NCBI RefSeq assembly: GCF_024223415.1
Contig: NZ_CP100500.1
Strand: one strand, 5' to 3'
Origin: Escherichia coli
GTDB lineage: Bacteria; Pseudomonadota; Gammaproteobacteria; Enterobacterales; Enterobacteriaceae
Length of the DNA: 64,000 nucleotides
The notes under the pieces are model-generated. The model searched no databases, had not been told where the DNA came from, and saw only the letters and a list, made by a program, of their open reading frames with translations. Of this stretch, positions 1 through 10,171 are shown piece after piece (position 1 is the first letter of the stretch; each line of letters opens with the position of its first letter). Both the position numbers and the translations under genes were made by a program.

Positions 1-1538
1 TATTCAGCTGGCAGTGCTATGCGCCACGGAAGCAGTTCGCTGACCCGGTTGACCGGCCAGTCTGCTATGACGCCAAGCACATGGCGAAGGTAGCTTTCTG
101 GATCCACGTCATTCAGTTTGCACGTCCCTATCAGGCTGTACAGTAGCGCTCCCCGCTCACCACCATGGCCAGAGCCGAAGAACAGGAAGTTTTTACGACC
201 CAGACTTACCGCCCGCAGGGCATTTTCAGCGATGTTGTTGTCGATTTCCACCCAGCCATCGTTCGCATAGTACGTCAGTGCCGGCCACTGGTTAAGTGCG
301 TACGCGAACGCCTTCGCCAACTCTGAGTGTCGCGACAGGGTCTTCATCTTTTCACGCAACCAGCTTTCCAGGGATTTCAACAGCGGTTTCGTTTTTCGCT
401 GACGTTCAGCAAGCCGCTGCTCTGCCGGCATTCCCCTTATATCCGCCTCTATGGCGTACAACTGACCGATCTGCTCCAGGGCTTCTTCCGTCAGTGCTGA
501 CGGGATGCGGACGTGCACATCGTGGATCTTTCGGCGGGCATGAGCCCAGCAGGCAGCTTCCGTTATCCCACCATTGCGATACAGCTCGTTGAACCCGGCG
601 TACGCATCCGCTTGCAGCACACCGCTGAAGCAAGCAAGATGAGTCTGCGGATGGATGCCTTTTCTGTCCGGGCTGTAAGCGAACCACACTGCAGGTGCCA
701 ACGCTGACCCGGCATTGCGGTCATCACGAACATACGCCCACAACCGCCCGGTCTTCGTCTTCTTATTACCCGGCATCAGTACCTGGACCGGGGTATCATC
801 GGCATGGAGTTTGCCGTCAGTCATGACATAGCCATGAAGCGCCTCTTCCAGCGGAGACAGCAGCCGGCAGCATGCATCCACCCAGCCCGACAGCAGTGAA
901 CGGCTCAGCTCCACACCTTGCCGGCCGTATATTTCTGACTGGCGATACAGCGGGGTGTGCTCTGCATACTTCGAGGTCAGCACGCGGGCCAGCAGCCCCG
1001 GTCCGGCGATACCCCGCTCGATGGGCCGCGAAGGTGCAGGTGCCTGCACGATGGCATCGCACTGAGTACAGGCATGTTTTTCCCGTACCGTCCGGATAAC
1101 CCGGAAGGCGCTACGCATCAACTCCAGCTGTTCGGCGGTATCCTCGCCCAGATAGCTCAGTGAACCGCCGCAGTTCGGGCAGCACGGCGCCGCAGGCAAC
1201 AGTCGCTTTTCGTCACGGGGTAGTGATTCAGGGAACGGCTTACGGATGCGGGTCTGACGCAACGGACGCTGTACTGCCGGGTCATACACCCTACCAGTCA
1301 GCGTATCGCTCTCTTTCTGAAGCTGGTTCAGATCGGCTTCCATTTGTGCGATACGGCGGGAGACTTTTTCGGAACGACTGCCGAAGTTCATCCGGCGGAG
1401 TTTATCCAGCTGCGCCTGCAGATGGTCTATTTCGCGCTCCCGGTTGCTCAGCTTTTCCTGCAGGGCGTGGATCAGCGCTTCCTGTTCGGCCAGGCGCTGT
1501 TTCAGCAGGAAGATGTCGTCAGAAGAGATGTCGTTCAT
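1..1538 (-). CDS. IS66-family transposase (orf3), about 512 aa; stop codon runs off the window edge so it is absent from the ORF track
   Basis: Minus-strand translation starts [30 protein letters not shown] at 1538, contains the CPNCGG motif near 1160-1200, and ends ...PWRIALPAE at position 3; no in-frame stop listed in that frame. Confidence 0.85.
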   Translation of the reverse strand, partial: MNDISSDDIFLLKQRLAEQEALIHALQEKLSNREREIDHLQAQLDKLRRMNFGSRSEKVSRRIAQMEADLNQLQKESDTLTGRVYDPAVQRPLRQTRIRKPFPESLPRDEKRLLPAAPCCPNCGGSLSYLGEDTAEQLELMRSAFRVIRTVREKHACTQCDAIVQAPAPSRPIERGIAGPGLLARVLTSKYAEHTPLYRQSEIYGRQGVELSRSLLSGWVDACCRLLSPLEEALHGYVMTDGKLHADDTPVQVLMPGNKKTKTGRLWAYVRDDRNAGSALAPAVWFAYSPDRKGIHPQTHLACFSGVLQADAYAGFNELYRNGGITEAACWAHARRKIHDVHVRIPSALTEEALEQIGQLYAIEADIRGMPAEQRLAERQRKTKPLLKSLESWLREKMKTLSRHSELAKAFAYALNQWPALTYYANDGWVEIDNNIAENALRAVSLGRKNFLFFGSGHGGERGALLYSLIGTCKLNDVDPESYLRHVLGVIADWPVNRVSELLPWRIALPAE

Positions 1539-1587
1539 AAGCCCGTATTTTACCGGGCTTATTCTGTGACAACCAGGATAAAGAGAT

Positions 1588-1935
1588 TTACAGCATGGTC
1601 AGGGAGGTCAGCAGCCGCTTAGGCTGTCGCCAGTCGATACCTTCCAGCAGCATCGCCAGCTGCGCCTGTGTAAGGAACACTTTGCCATCACGGGCTGACG
1701 GCCAGGCGAAGCGCCCACGCTCCAGCCGTTTGGTCAGGAGGCACAGTCCGTCACCGGTGGACCACAGCAGTTTAACCTGACTGCCGCTGCGGCCCCGGAA
1801 AATGAAAACATGGCCGGACATGGGATCGTCTTTCAGCGCCGTCTGTACTTTCGCAGCCAGGCCGTTGAAGCCATTTCTCATATCGGTGATACCGGCAACC
1901 AGCCAAATTTTGGTCCCGGAAGGTAAAGGGATCAT
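1588..1935 (-). CDS. IS66 Orf2-like accessory protein (TnpB of IS66 family)
   Basis: 115-aa [33 protein letters not shown]..., matches the IS66 orf2 family from memory. Confidence 0.85.
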   Translation of the reverse strand: MIPLPSGTKIWLVAGITDMRNGFNGLAAKVQTALKDDPMSGHVFIFRGRSGSQVKLLWSTGDGLCLLTKRLERGRFAWPSARDGKVFLTQAQLAMLLEGIDWRQPKRLLTSLTML

Positions 1936-2333
1936 CGCTTCAGTTCCTGTATCAGCAGAGTCAGGAGCTTTTCGCTGACATTGCCATTGAAGCGGAGCGT
2001 CCCGTGCCGGAACGTTACCTCACAGCTGATACTGAGGGTTTCCGGGTCCTCTGCGAGCGATTCTGGCTGTTCGGCAGCTGCATCGAGAGTCACAGGAAGT
2101 AGCTGGGGGCTCTCTGAAGAAGGTAATAGCAGCTTTCCCTCGCGCCATTGTTGTCGCCATTTGAACAACAGATTGGCGTTAATGCCATTTTCAAGAGCAA
2201 GTTTTGAGATGGATATCCCGGGTTCACAGGAGGCAGCAACGAGCTGCTGTTTAAATTCGGGAGGATAATTAGGGCAGCCTTTTCGCCTGCCGGGAGTCAC
2301 ATTTTTCTGCATATCTGACACTTTGGTTCCCAC
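1932..2333 (-). CDS. IS66 Orf1-like accessory protein
   Basis: 133-aa ORF overlapping orf2 by 4 bp, as is typical for IS66 family elements. Confidence 0.75.
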   Translation of the reverse strand: MGTKVSDMQKNVTPGRRKGCPNYPPEFKQQLVAASCEPGISISKLALENGINANLLFKWRQQWREGKLLLPSSESPQLLPVTLDAAAEQPESLAEDPETLSISCEVTFRHGTLRFNGNVSEKLLTLLIQELKR

Positions 2334-2764
2334 TACTTATTTGGTGGACACCACTTTGTCTAATTCGTCAGATTCTGACCAGACGGTTCAGGCTGTACGC
2401 TTACGCCTGAAAGCTGACTGCCTCCTGCTGAGGTGGGAGGCTATGATTCAGTGCGTTTATAGTCTCCGGGGTATGCATGTACCGGAGCATACCATTTCTG
2501 GTGGATAACAAGCCGGCACATTCAGACTGCAGTGAAGATGGAGGCACCTGGTTGTGAAGAACGTTTCTGCCCGTGGCTGCTTCGCATCATCAATGGTATT
2601 CATACCCGCTCAGAAATGACCGGGTGCTGAAGCCCTCCGTTATCGCGCAGTATAATGACGTATATGATCTGTGGACGAGTGAGCGGCGTGCCTGATGTAC
2701 GCCGCTATTACTGTATTTTACCACAGGGCTGGTTTTCTGCTGCCAGCCCTGTGGTTCTCAGACA

Positions 2765-3373
2765 TCAACTGTGAGCGGCATCAACCGATGTACGGTATGC
2801 CATAAGCACGTACTGATCCATCAGATTTGTCAGTGGTTCACTCTGACCCTGACGTGCAATGATCCATTGCTCCAGATCTTTTTCTGATTTGTGTTTCAGG
2901 TTTTTCGTCCAGTCGTCAAGGCTGTTTCCGGTCATTAAGTCAAGCCAGCAGAGCCAGACCAGTTTGAGACGTAACTCCGTGCCGCCAAACTGACGGAAGA
3001 GGCTGATCAGTTTGTTTGCCAGAGAATGTTGCTTCAGGCGCTCACATTCAGACAGCAGGATCCCTTCCAGCATCGGATGATGAACCAGCAGGTGTTCGCT
3101 GGTGCATAAATTCACCACCAGATCATCATCCAGGGACGGGGAGCTCCGTTTGTCCGGACCATAAATCAGCCGGTGCAGACTCTGGGGAACGATGGCAATC
3201 TCCGGTTTTTCGCCATTGAATGACACCCACCCGGGCGTCAGATTATGGAAATAGTAGATATTCGGATGACACACGCCCCATGATACGGCGTGCCGGGTGA
3301 AGCCGGTCAGCCATTTCTGGTAGTTTTCATGGAGCAGCTCGTAACGGGTCTGATACTGTTGTTTCATTTTCAT
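2765..3373 (-). CDS. hypothetical protein, island-associated, co-transcribed downstream of the alpA-like gene
   Basis: 205-aa ORF; likely start at an ATG a few codons inside the listed GTG start, with a GAGGA ribosome-binding site upstream; no family recognised. Confidence 0.5.
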   Translation of the reverse strand: MKMKQQYQTRYELLHENYQKWLTGFTRHAVSWGVCHPNIYYFHNLTPGWVSFNGEKPEIAIVPQSLHRLIYGPDKRSSPSLDDDLVVNLCTSEHLLVHHPMLEGILLSECERLKQHSLANKLISLFRQFGGTELRLKLVWLCWLDLMTGNSLDDWTKNLKHKSEKDLEQWIIARQGQSEPLTNLMDQYVLMAYRTSVDAAHS

Positions 3374-3460
3374 ATTCCTCACGGGGGATAACAGGCAGCA
3401 GAGCGCCGCCGGCAGGCCGGAGATTGCGTCTGCTGTGGGCGAAGGGTTAGTGGTTAAAAA

Positions 3461-3667
3461 TTACGGACGGGACTGTGCAATACGCGCCTGCAGCCAGGCT
3501 TCCACTTCACTTTTCAGCCAGCGGGAGCTGCGCCCCATTTTGATGGGCGCAGGAAAGCCCCCATCTTTGATGAGTTTGTCAAACCACTTATCGGTTAGGC
3601 CGGTCAGTTGAGTGATAAACGCCATGTCGACCATCTGGTCATCCATCAGCGAAACTGGGGTAGCCAT
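3461..3667 (-). CDS. AlpA-family phage regulatory protein (excisionase-like DNA-binding protein), about 68 aa
   Basis: MATPVSLMDDQMVDMAFITQLTGLTDKWFDKLIKDGGFPAPIKMGRSSRWLKSEVEAWL - typical AlpA/MerR-like HTH; start placed at the internal Met. Confidence 0.8.
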   Translation of the reverse strand: MATPVSLMDDQMVDMAFITQLTGLTDKWFDKLIKDGGFPAPIKMGRSSRWLKSEVEAWLQARIAQSRP

Positions 3668-4792
3668 GAGAATGTTCCTCCGGATGTTGTTAAACCAGCC
3701 GGTGTGGTCATGAAAACAGCGCGCCACCTTCACCGGCATAACAACCGGGGAGAAACGTAAAAAATAATCGGGAATGTGGCTGTCCGGAGATAAACGGGGG
3801 GATTGCGATGGCAGAGCCGTAGCGGAATCCCGGAGGGGGGTGTTGCAAAAGATGCTTCCGCACGCACGCGCGATAAAGAGGGGATAGTTTTCGTGAGGAC
3901 AGGGAGAGAAGCAGGCGTTCTGATAATTGCAGAGTTGTTTTCGGAGGTGGTTACAGTGAGTCAGCCCGTTCCTGGCGAGCAGGAGACTGATATCACCGAT
4001 GGGATAAGGTTGTCTGATTGGTATTATAAATATAAGAAGTCATCAGAGAGTAACGTAAAGGATTTGCCAGAATAACCTAAGAGAGTAAATCTCTCCGGTA
4101 ACAGAGCGCTATGAAGCATTCTGTATCAGAGTGCAGATACATGAACGCTGATGCGTAAAATCAGCAGTGACACGCCAGCTCCCCCTATGCCCATTCCTGT
4201 ATAAGACATGAACTGAGTGTATTAATGCTTCTGCCCTGAGACTGAGCCGGTGAGTGAGGGGCTGAGAAATCCCTCTTGACACAGCTCTAACCAGAAATAC
4301 TTCCCCGGTTGTTGCGGTGCGTCCGGATCCCCGATAACGGAACACTAAGGCTGTATTGCGGGACACCGGGTAAGTAGCAGCCCGTAAGGCGTTCTGTCAA
4401 CGCCAGAAAAAATGATTTCCCACACGCGTTATAGACTCACTCCTGTGGACCTGGAAGCCCGTAACTCTGCGGTTGCCCACTGACTGACGGAACTGACCGC
4501 AAATTTTACGAGTGCGTGCTGGGCTTCAGTCTGGTCACCTGAGCGTTCGGTAACGGAGGCGCGGGCGGTAATAGGCTGATTTTCAGGTATTACCGGCTTA
4601 CAGCGTGTGGTTGATATTGAGGGGCTGTGAGTTTCGCGTATTTGTCAGAAACCCAGACGAGTTTTCCTGTATGGGACGAAATAAGGCAGCGGCAATACCT
4701 GGAAAAATTTAATATGGTATGAAGGAGAACCTGTCGGTTACGCTTAATATACCCGGTACACTGTCAGCTCAGGGGATACATGAACCGTTATC

Positions 4793-4993
4793 TCACCAGC
4801 TACACAGTATATACACACTGACGCTGACAGTAGTCAGCAGGACCACAATAATCAGTGCCAGCAGTATGGTAACGATACGGTCTGTATTCCGGTAATAGCC
4901 GAAGGGGTCGACAGAACCACAATACGGGCAACACACTGTATTATGAGTAATCGCGTTTCCACAGTCCCTGCACTTCTTTTTGCGTATCACCAT
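4793..4993 (-). CDS. small zinc-ribbon protein with C-terminal transmembrane helix (about 66 aa), function unknown
   Basis: CRDCG...CCPYCG double CxxC followed by a hydrophobic stretch ILLALIIVVLLTTVSVSVYIL; GGAGGG ribosome-binding site 5 nt upstream of the ATG. Confidence 0.5.
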   Translation of the reverse strand: MVIRKKKCRDCGNAITHNTVCCPYCGSVDPFGYYRNTDRIVTILLALIIVVLLTTVSVSVYILCSW

Positions 4994-5156
4994 CACTCCC
5001 TCCTCACAGCCTTACCCGTAACCGGTTTTTTACATTAAAAAAACAACGCTGAAAATTCAACCGTCAGTCCGGAGACGACCGTTCGGGTTATCACAGAGTG
5101 CCTGAGACAGTGTCCTGCCGGAGGTCACTTCAGGGACTCTGCGCATTTTTTACGAC

Positions 5157-5762
5157 GTGGCTATTCCGTATGAACCATACGGAGATTTAACCATGACCTA
5201 CAAATACAACCCCTTCTGGCAGCAACGTATTCGTGAGACGGTGCGGCACGCACTGAATGTTCATCCCCGCCTGACGGCATTGCGGGTTGACCTGCGTTTC
5301 CCGGATGTACCGGCAGCAACGGACGCAGCTGTGATATCCCGCTTCATCAATGCCCTGAAAGCCCGAATCGACGCTTACCAGAAACGTAAGCATCGGGAAG
5401 GTAAACGCGTGCATCCCACCACCCTGCATTACGTCTGGGCCCGGGAGTTTGGGGAGTGCAAAGGTAAAAAACACTATCACCTGATGCTGCTGGTTAACCG
5501 GGATACCTGGTGTCGTGCCGGTGATTACCGTGCTCCGGGATCACTGGCCGGGATGATTAAACAGGCGTGGTGCAGTGCCCTGGGAGTGGATGTCGGGTGC
5601 CATGCCACGCTGGTGCATTTTCCGGCCTGGCCGGCGGTGTGGCTGGAACGCGATGATGACACTGGCTTTCAGCAGGTGCTGGAACGTGCTGACTATCTGG
5701 CGAAGGAACATACCAAAGCTCACTGCACCGGTGAGCGCAATTTTGGCTGTAGCCGGAGTTGA
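5157..5762 (+). CDS. HUH-type rolling-circle Rep-like protein (inovirus Gp2 / YagK-YfjJ-like family)
   Basis: 201-aa ORF with the motif KKHYHLMLLV (His-hydrophobic-His) and candidate Tyr motifs; family assignment from memory, not searched. Confidence 0.55.
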   Translation: MAIPYEPYGDLTMTYKYNPFWQQRIRETVRHALNVHPRLTALRVDLRFPDVPAATDAAVISRFINALKARIDAYQKRKHREGKRVHPTTLHYVWAREFGECKGKKHYHLMLLVNRDTWCRAGDYRAPGSLAGMIKQAWCSALGVDVGCHATLVHFPAWPAVWLERDDDTGFQQVLERADYLAKEHTKAHCTGERNFGCSRS

Positions 5763-6015
5763 GCACGACTGGCGCGCCAATATCCGGCAAACCAAAAGTA
5801 TGGGTTGTTGTCTGGCGGCAACGATGTATCCACTCGCCCACTGACTGTTTTTTACGTCAGTGTTCCATTGTGTGACAACCACAGTGCTGTAACAGCAACC
5901 AGCCTGCTTTACCCAAACTCCAGTCCAGATTTTAACTGAACCGCCATTCACACCCTGACCACGCTGCCCGTACCGGGACGGCTGTTGCCTGCGTGTCGTC
6001 TGGCGGCTGAGGAAT

Positions 6016-6423
6016 ATGACTATGTACGCAAAATCCTTTATCGCTCTTGATGGCAACGGACGTCTGACGGGCGCCCGTACTGCACAGGCCGCACCTTATG
6101 CTAACTACACCTGCCACTTGTGTGGCAGTGCACTCAGATACCATCCGCAATACGACACTGAACTTCCCTGGTTTGAACACACTGACGACAGGCTGACAGA
6201 GCACGGTCAACAGTGCCCTTATGTCAGGCCGGAGCGCAGAGAAATACAGTTGATTAAACGTCTGCAGCAATTCGTACCGGATGCCTTACCCGTGGTGCGT
6301 AAAGCCAGCTGGCACTGCAGACAATGTCACCACGATTATTATGGGGAGCGGTACTGCACACACTGCCAGACCGGAGGATTCAGTATTCCCCGGACAACTC
6401 AGGAGGAAATATGCGAATTCTGA
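6016..6423 (+). CDS. Cys-rich hypothetical protein A (putative double zinc-ribbon)
   Basis: 135-aa ORF; conserved pattern CxxC...PWFEH...C...CxxC...DYxGExxCxxC shared with the next ORF. Confidence 0.55.
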   Translation: MTMYAKSFIALDGNGRLTGARTAQAAPYANYTCHLCGSALRYHPQYDTELPWFEHTDDRLTEHGQQCPYVRPERREIQLIKRLQQFVPDALPVVRKASWHCRQCHHDYYGERYCTHCQTGGFSIPRTTQEEICEF

Positions 6424-6821
6424 ACTGTTATATGGCGAATGACAGCAAAGGCCATTTTGTTACGGCGAAAGAAGCAGCGAAGCACAACCGCCAGGACGTT
6501 TTGTGCTGTGTGTCCTGTGGATGCCCGTTAACACTTCAGCGGGGCAATGACGGACAACCACCGTGGTTTGAACATGACCAGATGACTGTCGCTGAGAAAA
6601 TCCTGCTGCGATGCACCTGGCTTGACCCGGCAGAGAAAGAGGCCCGTCGTTTGCATCTGCAGGGTATGACGGTTCCGGATTATACGGTGAAGGTGAGAAA
6701 GTGGTTTTGTGTGATGTGTGACGAAGATTATGAAGGAGAAAAGTGCTGCCCGCGTTGTGGTACCGGGGTATACAGCAGGGAGGGGGGGCTGCAGGAAGGC
6801 AACTGGAAGGATAGGAACTGA
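6411..6821 (+). CDS. Cys-rich hypothetical protein B, paralogue of A, translationally coupled
   Basis: ATG at 6411 lies just upstream of the stop of the previous ORF (6421-6423); same Cys/PWFEH pattern. Confidence 0.55.
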   Translation: MRILNCYMANDSKGHFVTAKEAAKHNRQDVLCCVSCGCPLTLQRGNDGQPPWFEHDQMTVAEKILLRCTWLDPAEKEARRLHLQGMTVPDYTVKVRKWFCVMCDEDYEGEKCCPRCGTGVYSREGGLQEGNWKDRN

Positions 6822-7024
6822 GCGGTTCAGTCGCGGAAATCAGTTGCAGAGCTGTAATGATATCTCCGGGAGTGCTGCGTTGGTAGGGGCATCCCGGGAT
6901 AGAGAAATTTTAGCACTTTGCCCTGAATGATTGTAGACGTTCCGAGTACTCGTACCGGTCTGAGTTATTACAGTTAGATATTCACTTTTTCTCCCGCATA
7001 CTTCACATCTGTCAACGACGGATG

Positions 7025-8757
7025 AAAAGTGGTTCTTCCGCAACCTGGGTGGAAGAAAATGGATGAAACTTTCTGGCGAACAAGGATCTAAGCTGTTTTA
7101 AGTTATGGGCAACGCAATGCACTCTCTTAAGACACTTCTACAGTTACCTTGCGGATGGCGATGCAGTCGACAAATTATTAGCTCTGACGGTATAACCCTC
7201 CATCTCCACGGAAAACGCAAAACAGCACAATGTCCTGAATGCTTTAAGCGTAGCGACTCTGTTCATAGTTGTCGTCGGCGCCGGATACAGCATCTACCCT
7301 GCTCAGGGCAGACGCTATGGCTTGTATTTTCCGTCCGCCACTGGTACTGCCGTAACCCGGCTTGTTCACGTAAAATTTTTGCCGAGTCGCTTGCTCCCTT
7401 CGCCGGTTCACACCAGCAGTCTTCACAGGCGTTACAAAATTTACAACGTCAACTGGGATTAATAGCTGGAGGTGAGGCTGGAAAACGGGCTGCAACGGCA
7501 GCGGGTCTCCGTTGCAGTGCTGATACTCTTCTTCGCAGGGTATCAATACCCCGGAGACGAAACAGTCAGGCGCGCCTCATGTCGGTATTGATGAGTGGGC
7601 GTGGCATCGGGGCCACTGCTGCGGTATGTTAATAGTCAATCTTGATACTCACCGTCCCCTCGTCCTGCTTCCCGGCCGTGATCAGCGTACGCTGGCGACC
7701 TGGTTCAGAAAATATCCGGAAATACAGGTTGTCTCGCGTGATCGCAGTGGAGTCTATGCGACAGCAGCACGTGAAGGTGCACCTCAGGCCAGACAGGTGG
7801 CCGATCGATGGCACCTGCTAAAAAATATTGGTGATGAGCCTGAACGAATGATGTACAGACATATGCCTCTGATACGTCTTGTTGTCAGAGAGTTATCACT
7901 GAAGAAATCACCTGAGCCAGAAATATCTGTGCCTGTAGCATCGCTCCGTCGTCTGGAACGCCTTAAACAGCACATCCGCAAAAAACGGCATCAGCGTTGG
8001 ACAGAGGTTATGGCCCTGCATAACAAGGGATGTAGTTTCAGGGAAATATCCCGTATTACAGGCCTGTCGCGAGTGACAGTCAGTCGCTGGGTGGGTTCAG
8101 GAACATTCCCTGAAATGTCAACTAGGCCTCCAAAGCGAGGGCTTCTGGACCCATGGAGGGAGTGGTTAAAAGAGCAACGAGAATGTGGTAATTATAACTC
8201 CGGCCGGATATGGCGGGAAATGGTGGCCAGGGGGGTTACAGGCAGTGAAACCATCGTCAGGGATGCTGTTGCCAAATGGCGTAAAGGCTGGATCCCACCG
8301 GTTACTACTGCCGCAAGACTTCCTTCAGTGTCCCGGGTAAGCCGCTGGTTGATGCCCTGGAGAATAATCAGGGGTGAAGAAAATTATGCTTTCCGATTTA
8401 TTAGTCTGATGTGTGAAAAAGAACCGGAGTTGAAAATAGCGCAGCAACTGGTACTCGAGTTCTACCGTATTCTGAAAACCTAAAATAAATCACAGCTAAG
8501 CAGCTGGTTCACTCGGGTCCACGAAAGCGGCTCAGCAGAACTTCGGTGCGTAGCTGCGGGGATGGAAGCTGATGCTGCGGCTATATGTGAGGCAATCAGC
8601 AGTCGCTGGAGTACTGGTGTTGTCGAAGGTCATGTAAATCGCCTGAAGGTGCTGATACGCCAGATGTATGGTCGAGCCGGACTTGAACTACTTAGGCGGA
8701 GGGTAATGAGTCCACTGGCATGAAAATCTTCACCCAGGTTGCGGAAGAGCCACTTTT
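7025..8757 (+). mobile_element. ISL3-family insertion sequence with imperfect terminal inverted repeats, decayed
   Basis: Left end aaaagtggttcttccgcaacctgggtg at about 7025-7051 and its near-perfect reverse complement at about 8731-8757; encloses an ISL3-type transposase. Confidence 0.7.
7105..8722 (+). pseudogene. ISL3-family transposase, disrupted by a frameshift near 7588 and an in-frame TAA at 8481-8483
   Basis: N-terminal zinc-finger region (CPECF...), ...IDEWAWHRGHCCGMLIVNLDTHRPL readable only after a frame change, then ...VVEGHVNRLKVLIRQMYGRAGLELLRRRV continues in frame after the stop. Confidence 0.75.
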
Positions 8758-8766
8758 GCACTGTTC

Positions 8767-9095
8767 GTGACAGTATGGCCTTTATGTACTCACTTTGTTA
8801 CCGGTAGCTGGATCATCACTACCGTGCTGCAAATGGTGGTGAACAGCATCAATTGTGGAATGAATGTTGCCGAAGCGACCAATGCGCCTCGTTTCCACTA
8901 TCAGTGGTTGCCGGACGAGCTGCGTGTTGAAAAGGGTTTAGTCCGGATACGCTCAAGCTGCTGGATGCAAAAGGTCAGAAAGTGGCGCTGAATGAGGCGA
9001 TGGGCAGCACGCAAAGCATTATGGTTGGGTCGGATGGTGAGTTGTACGGCGCATCCGACTCGCGCTTGGTGGATGATTTAACGGCGGGGTATTAA
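8767..9095 (+). pseudogene. ggt: gamma-glutamyltranspeptidase C-terminal fragment, frameshifted in an A-run near 8935
   Basis: GSWIITTVLQMVVNSI...NAPRFHYQWLPDELRVEKG then, after a 1-nt frame change, FSPDTLKLLDAKGQKVALNEAMGSTQSIMVGSDGELYGASDSRLVDDLTAGY; starts directly at the ISL3 right end. Confidence 0.7.
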
Positions 9096-9134
9096 TTGAC
9101 ATCCCCCGGCGCAATGTGCCGGGGGATAATGGTT

Positions 9135-10169
9135 TTATGCGGTCAATAATCGTCCGGGATTATCGATACAGAGTTTTTTGAGGATCGTTTTATCGACGCC
9201 GCGCTCCGCCAGATAGGCCAGAAAAACATCTGGAACAAATCCCCAGCCATTACCGCCATTTTTAGCCCACATTTGTTTAAGGAAGACATCGTGGCTGAGA
9301 ACAAGCTGATCGGCGTATCCCAACTCAATGAGATGAGCGACGGCATCGGCAGTCTCCTGCACCCCTGGCGCTATTCCCTCTTTCGGGAAGGTAATGTCTA
9401 GGCCAATCATGTCGAATTCCAGCCAGACACCTTTATCAAGCATTTTCCGCTGATACGCCACGTCTTTTCCTGACGGATCCGAGTGTGCGAGAGAGACTTT
9501 ATTTGGCGAGACGCCCATTTCACCTAACACAATGTCGAGTACTTCATCACCGCGACGAAGCCAGCCCGGCATGTGAATATTCATCGCCACATGAGGATTG
9601 TTAATCTGTGCCAGCGAGGCAGCCCGCAAGCTGTTATGCTCGGCTTCGGTAAATGTCGGTGAAACACCTATTTCACCGATCATTCCGGCACGAATATCCG
9701 TATCGCCAATCCCTTGATTCAATTCTTTATCGATCGTTGTCGCCAGTTCATCAACCGTTTTATGAATTCTCTGGCTTTCAAATTTTTCCAGGTAGGGACC
9801 GGAGGAAGCAACAATATTCAGACCTGTTTTTAATGCGACTTCTCGTAATGCCTGCGCATCTCGTCCGATAGACTCAGACCCTGTGGCATCAATAATGGTG
9901 CGACCACCGAGCGAGATAAAGTTATTGATTTCGAAGATCACATCTTCAATAGGTTTGCGGTCCATATTATCAGCGCAGCAATAAGGATCGTGTTTTAATG
10001 CCCACTGGATTTCTGCCGTGACTTTTTTATCAACAAGCCGTTGTGAAAAAGGATAGCAAGGAGCATCCACAACAGAGGAAAGATCGTTGAACAGATGTTC
10101 ATGAGGAAGTGTTAGCCCCATATCTTCACGGGCGACGGGGCCCGTCACAGTTTGTAGATAATCTTTCAT
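9135..10169 (-). CDS. phosphotriesterase-family metal-dependent hydrolase (Php-like, TIM-barrel amidohydrolase; possible lactonase)
   Basis: 344 aa; N-terminal GLTLPHEHL metal-binding motif characteristic of the PTE family. Confidence 0.8.
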   Translation of the reverse strand: MKDYLQTVTGPVAREDMGLTLPHEHLFNDLSSVVDAPCYPFSQRLVDKKVTAEIQWALKHDPYCCADNMDRKPIEDVIFEINNFISLGGRTIIDATGSESIGRDAQALREVALKTGLNIVASSGPYLEKFESQRIHKTVDELATTIDKELNQGIGDTDIRAGMIGEIGVSPTFTEAEHNSLRAASLAQINNPHVAMNIHMPGWLRRGDEVLDIVLGEMGVSPNKVSLAHSDPSGKDVAYQRKMLDKGVWLEFDMIGLDITFPKEGIAPGVQETADAVAHLIELGYADQLVLSHDVFLKQMWAKNGGNGWGFVPDVFLAYLAERGVDKTILKKLCIDNPGRLLTA

Positions 10170-10171
10170 GA

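Larger units (their letters stand above)
1..2404 (-). mobile_element. IS66-family insertion sequence, three-ORF organisation, truncated at the left window edge; inner end near 2404 finishes with the reverse complement of GTAAGCG
   Basis: Three co-oriented ORFs typical of IS66; overlapping orf1/orf2 junction; terminal GTAAGCG motif read on the minus strand at about 2398-2404. Confidence 0.8.

Noticed and set aside
296-1622. Plus-strand ORFs overlapping the IS66 transposase
   Set aside because: The region is fully explained by the minus-strand 512-aa transposase, which the ORF track missed only because its stop codon runs off the window edge
3803-4366. ORFs 3803..4075 (+) and 4109..4366 (-) in the alpA upstream region
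   Set aside because: No ribosome-binding sites, odd composition (Arg/Ser/Gly-rich), no recognisable family; treated as non-coding
6840-7043. 67-aa minus-strand ORF just left of the ISL3 end
   Set aside because: Overlaps the ISL3 inverted repeat and lacks start-site signals
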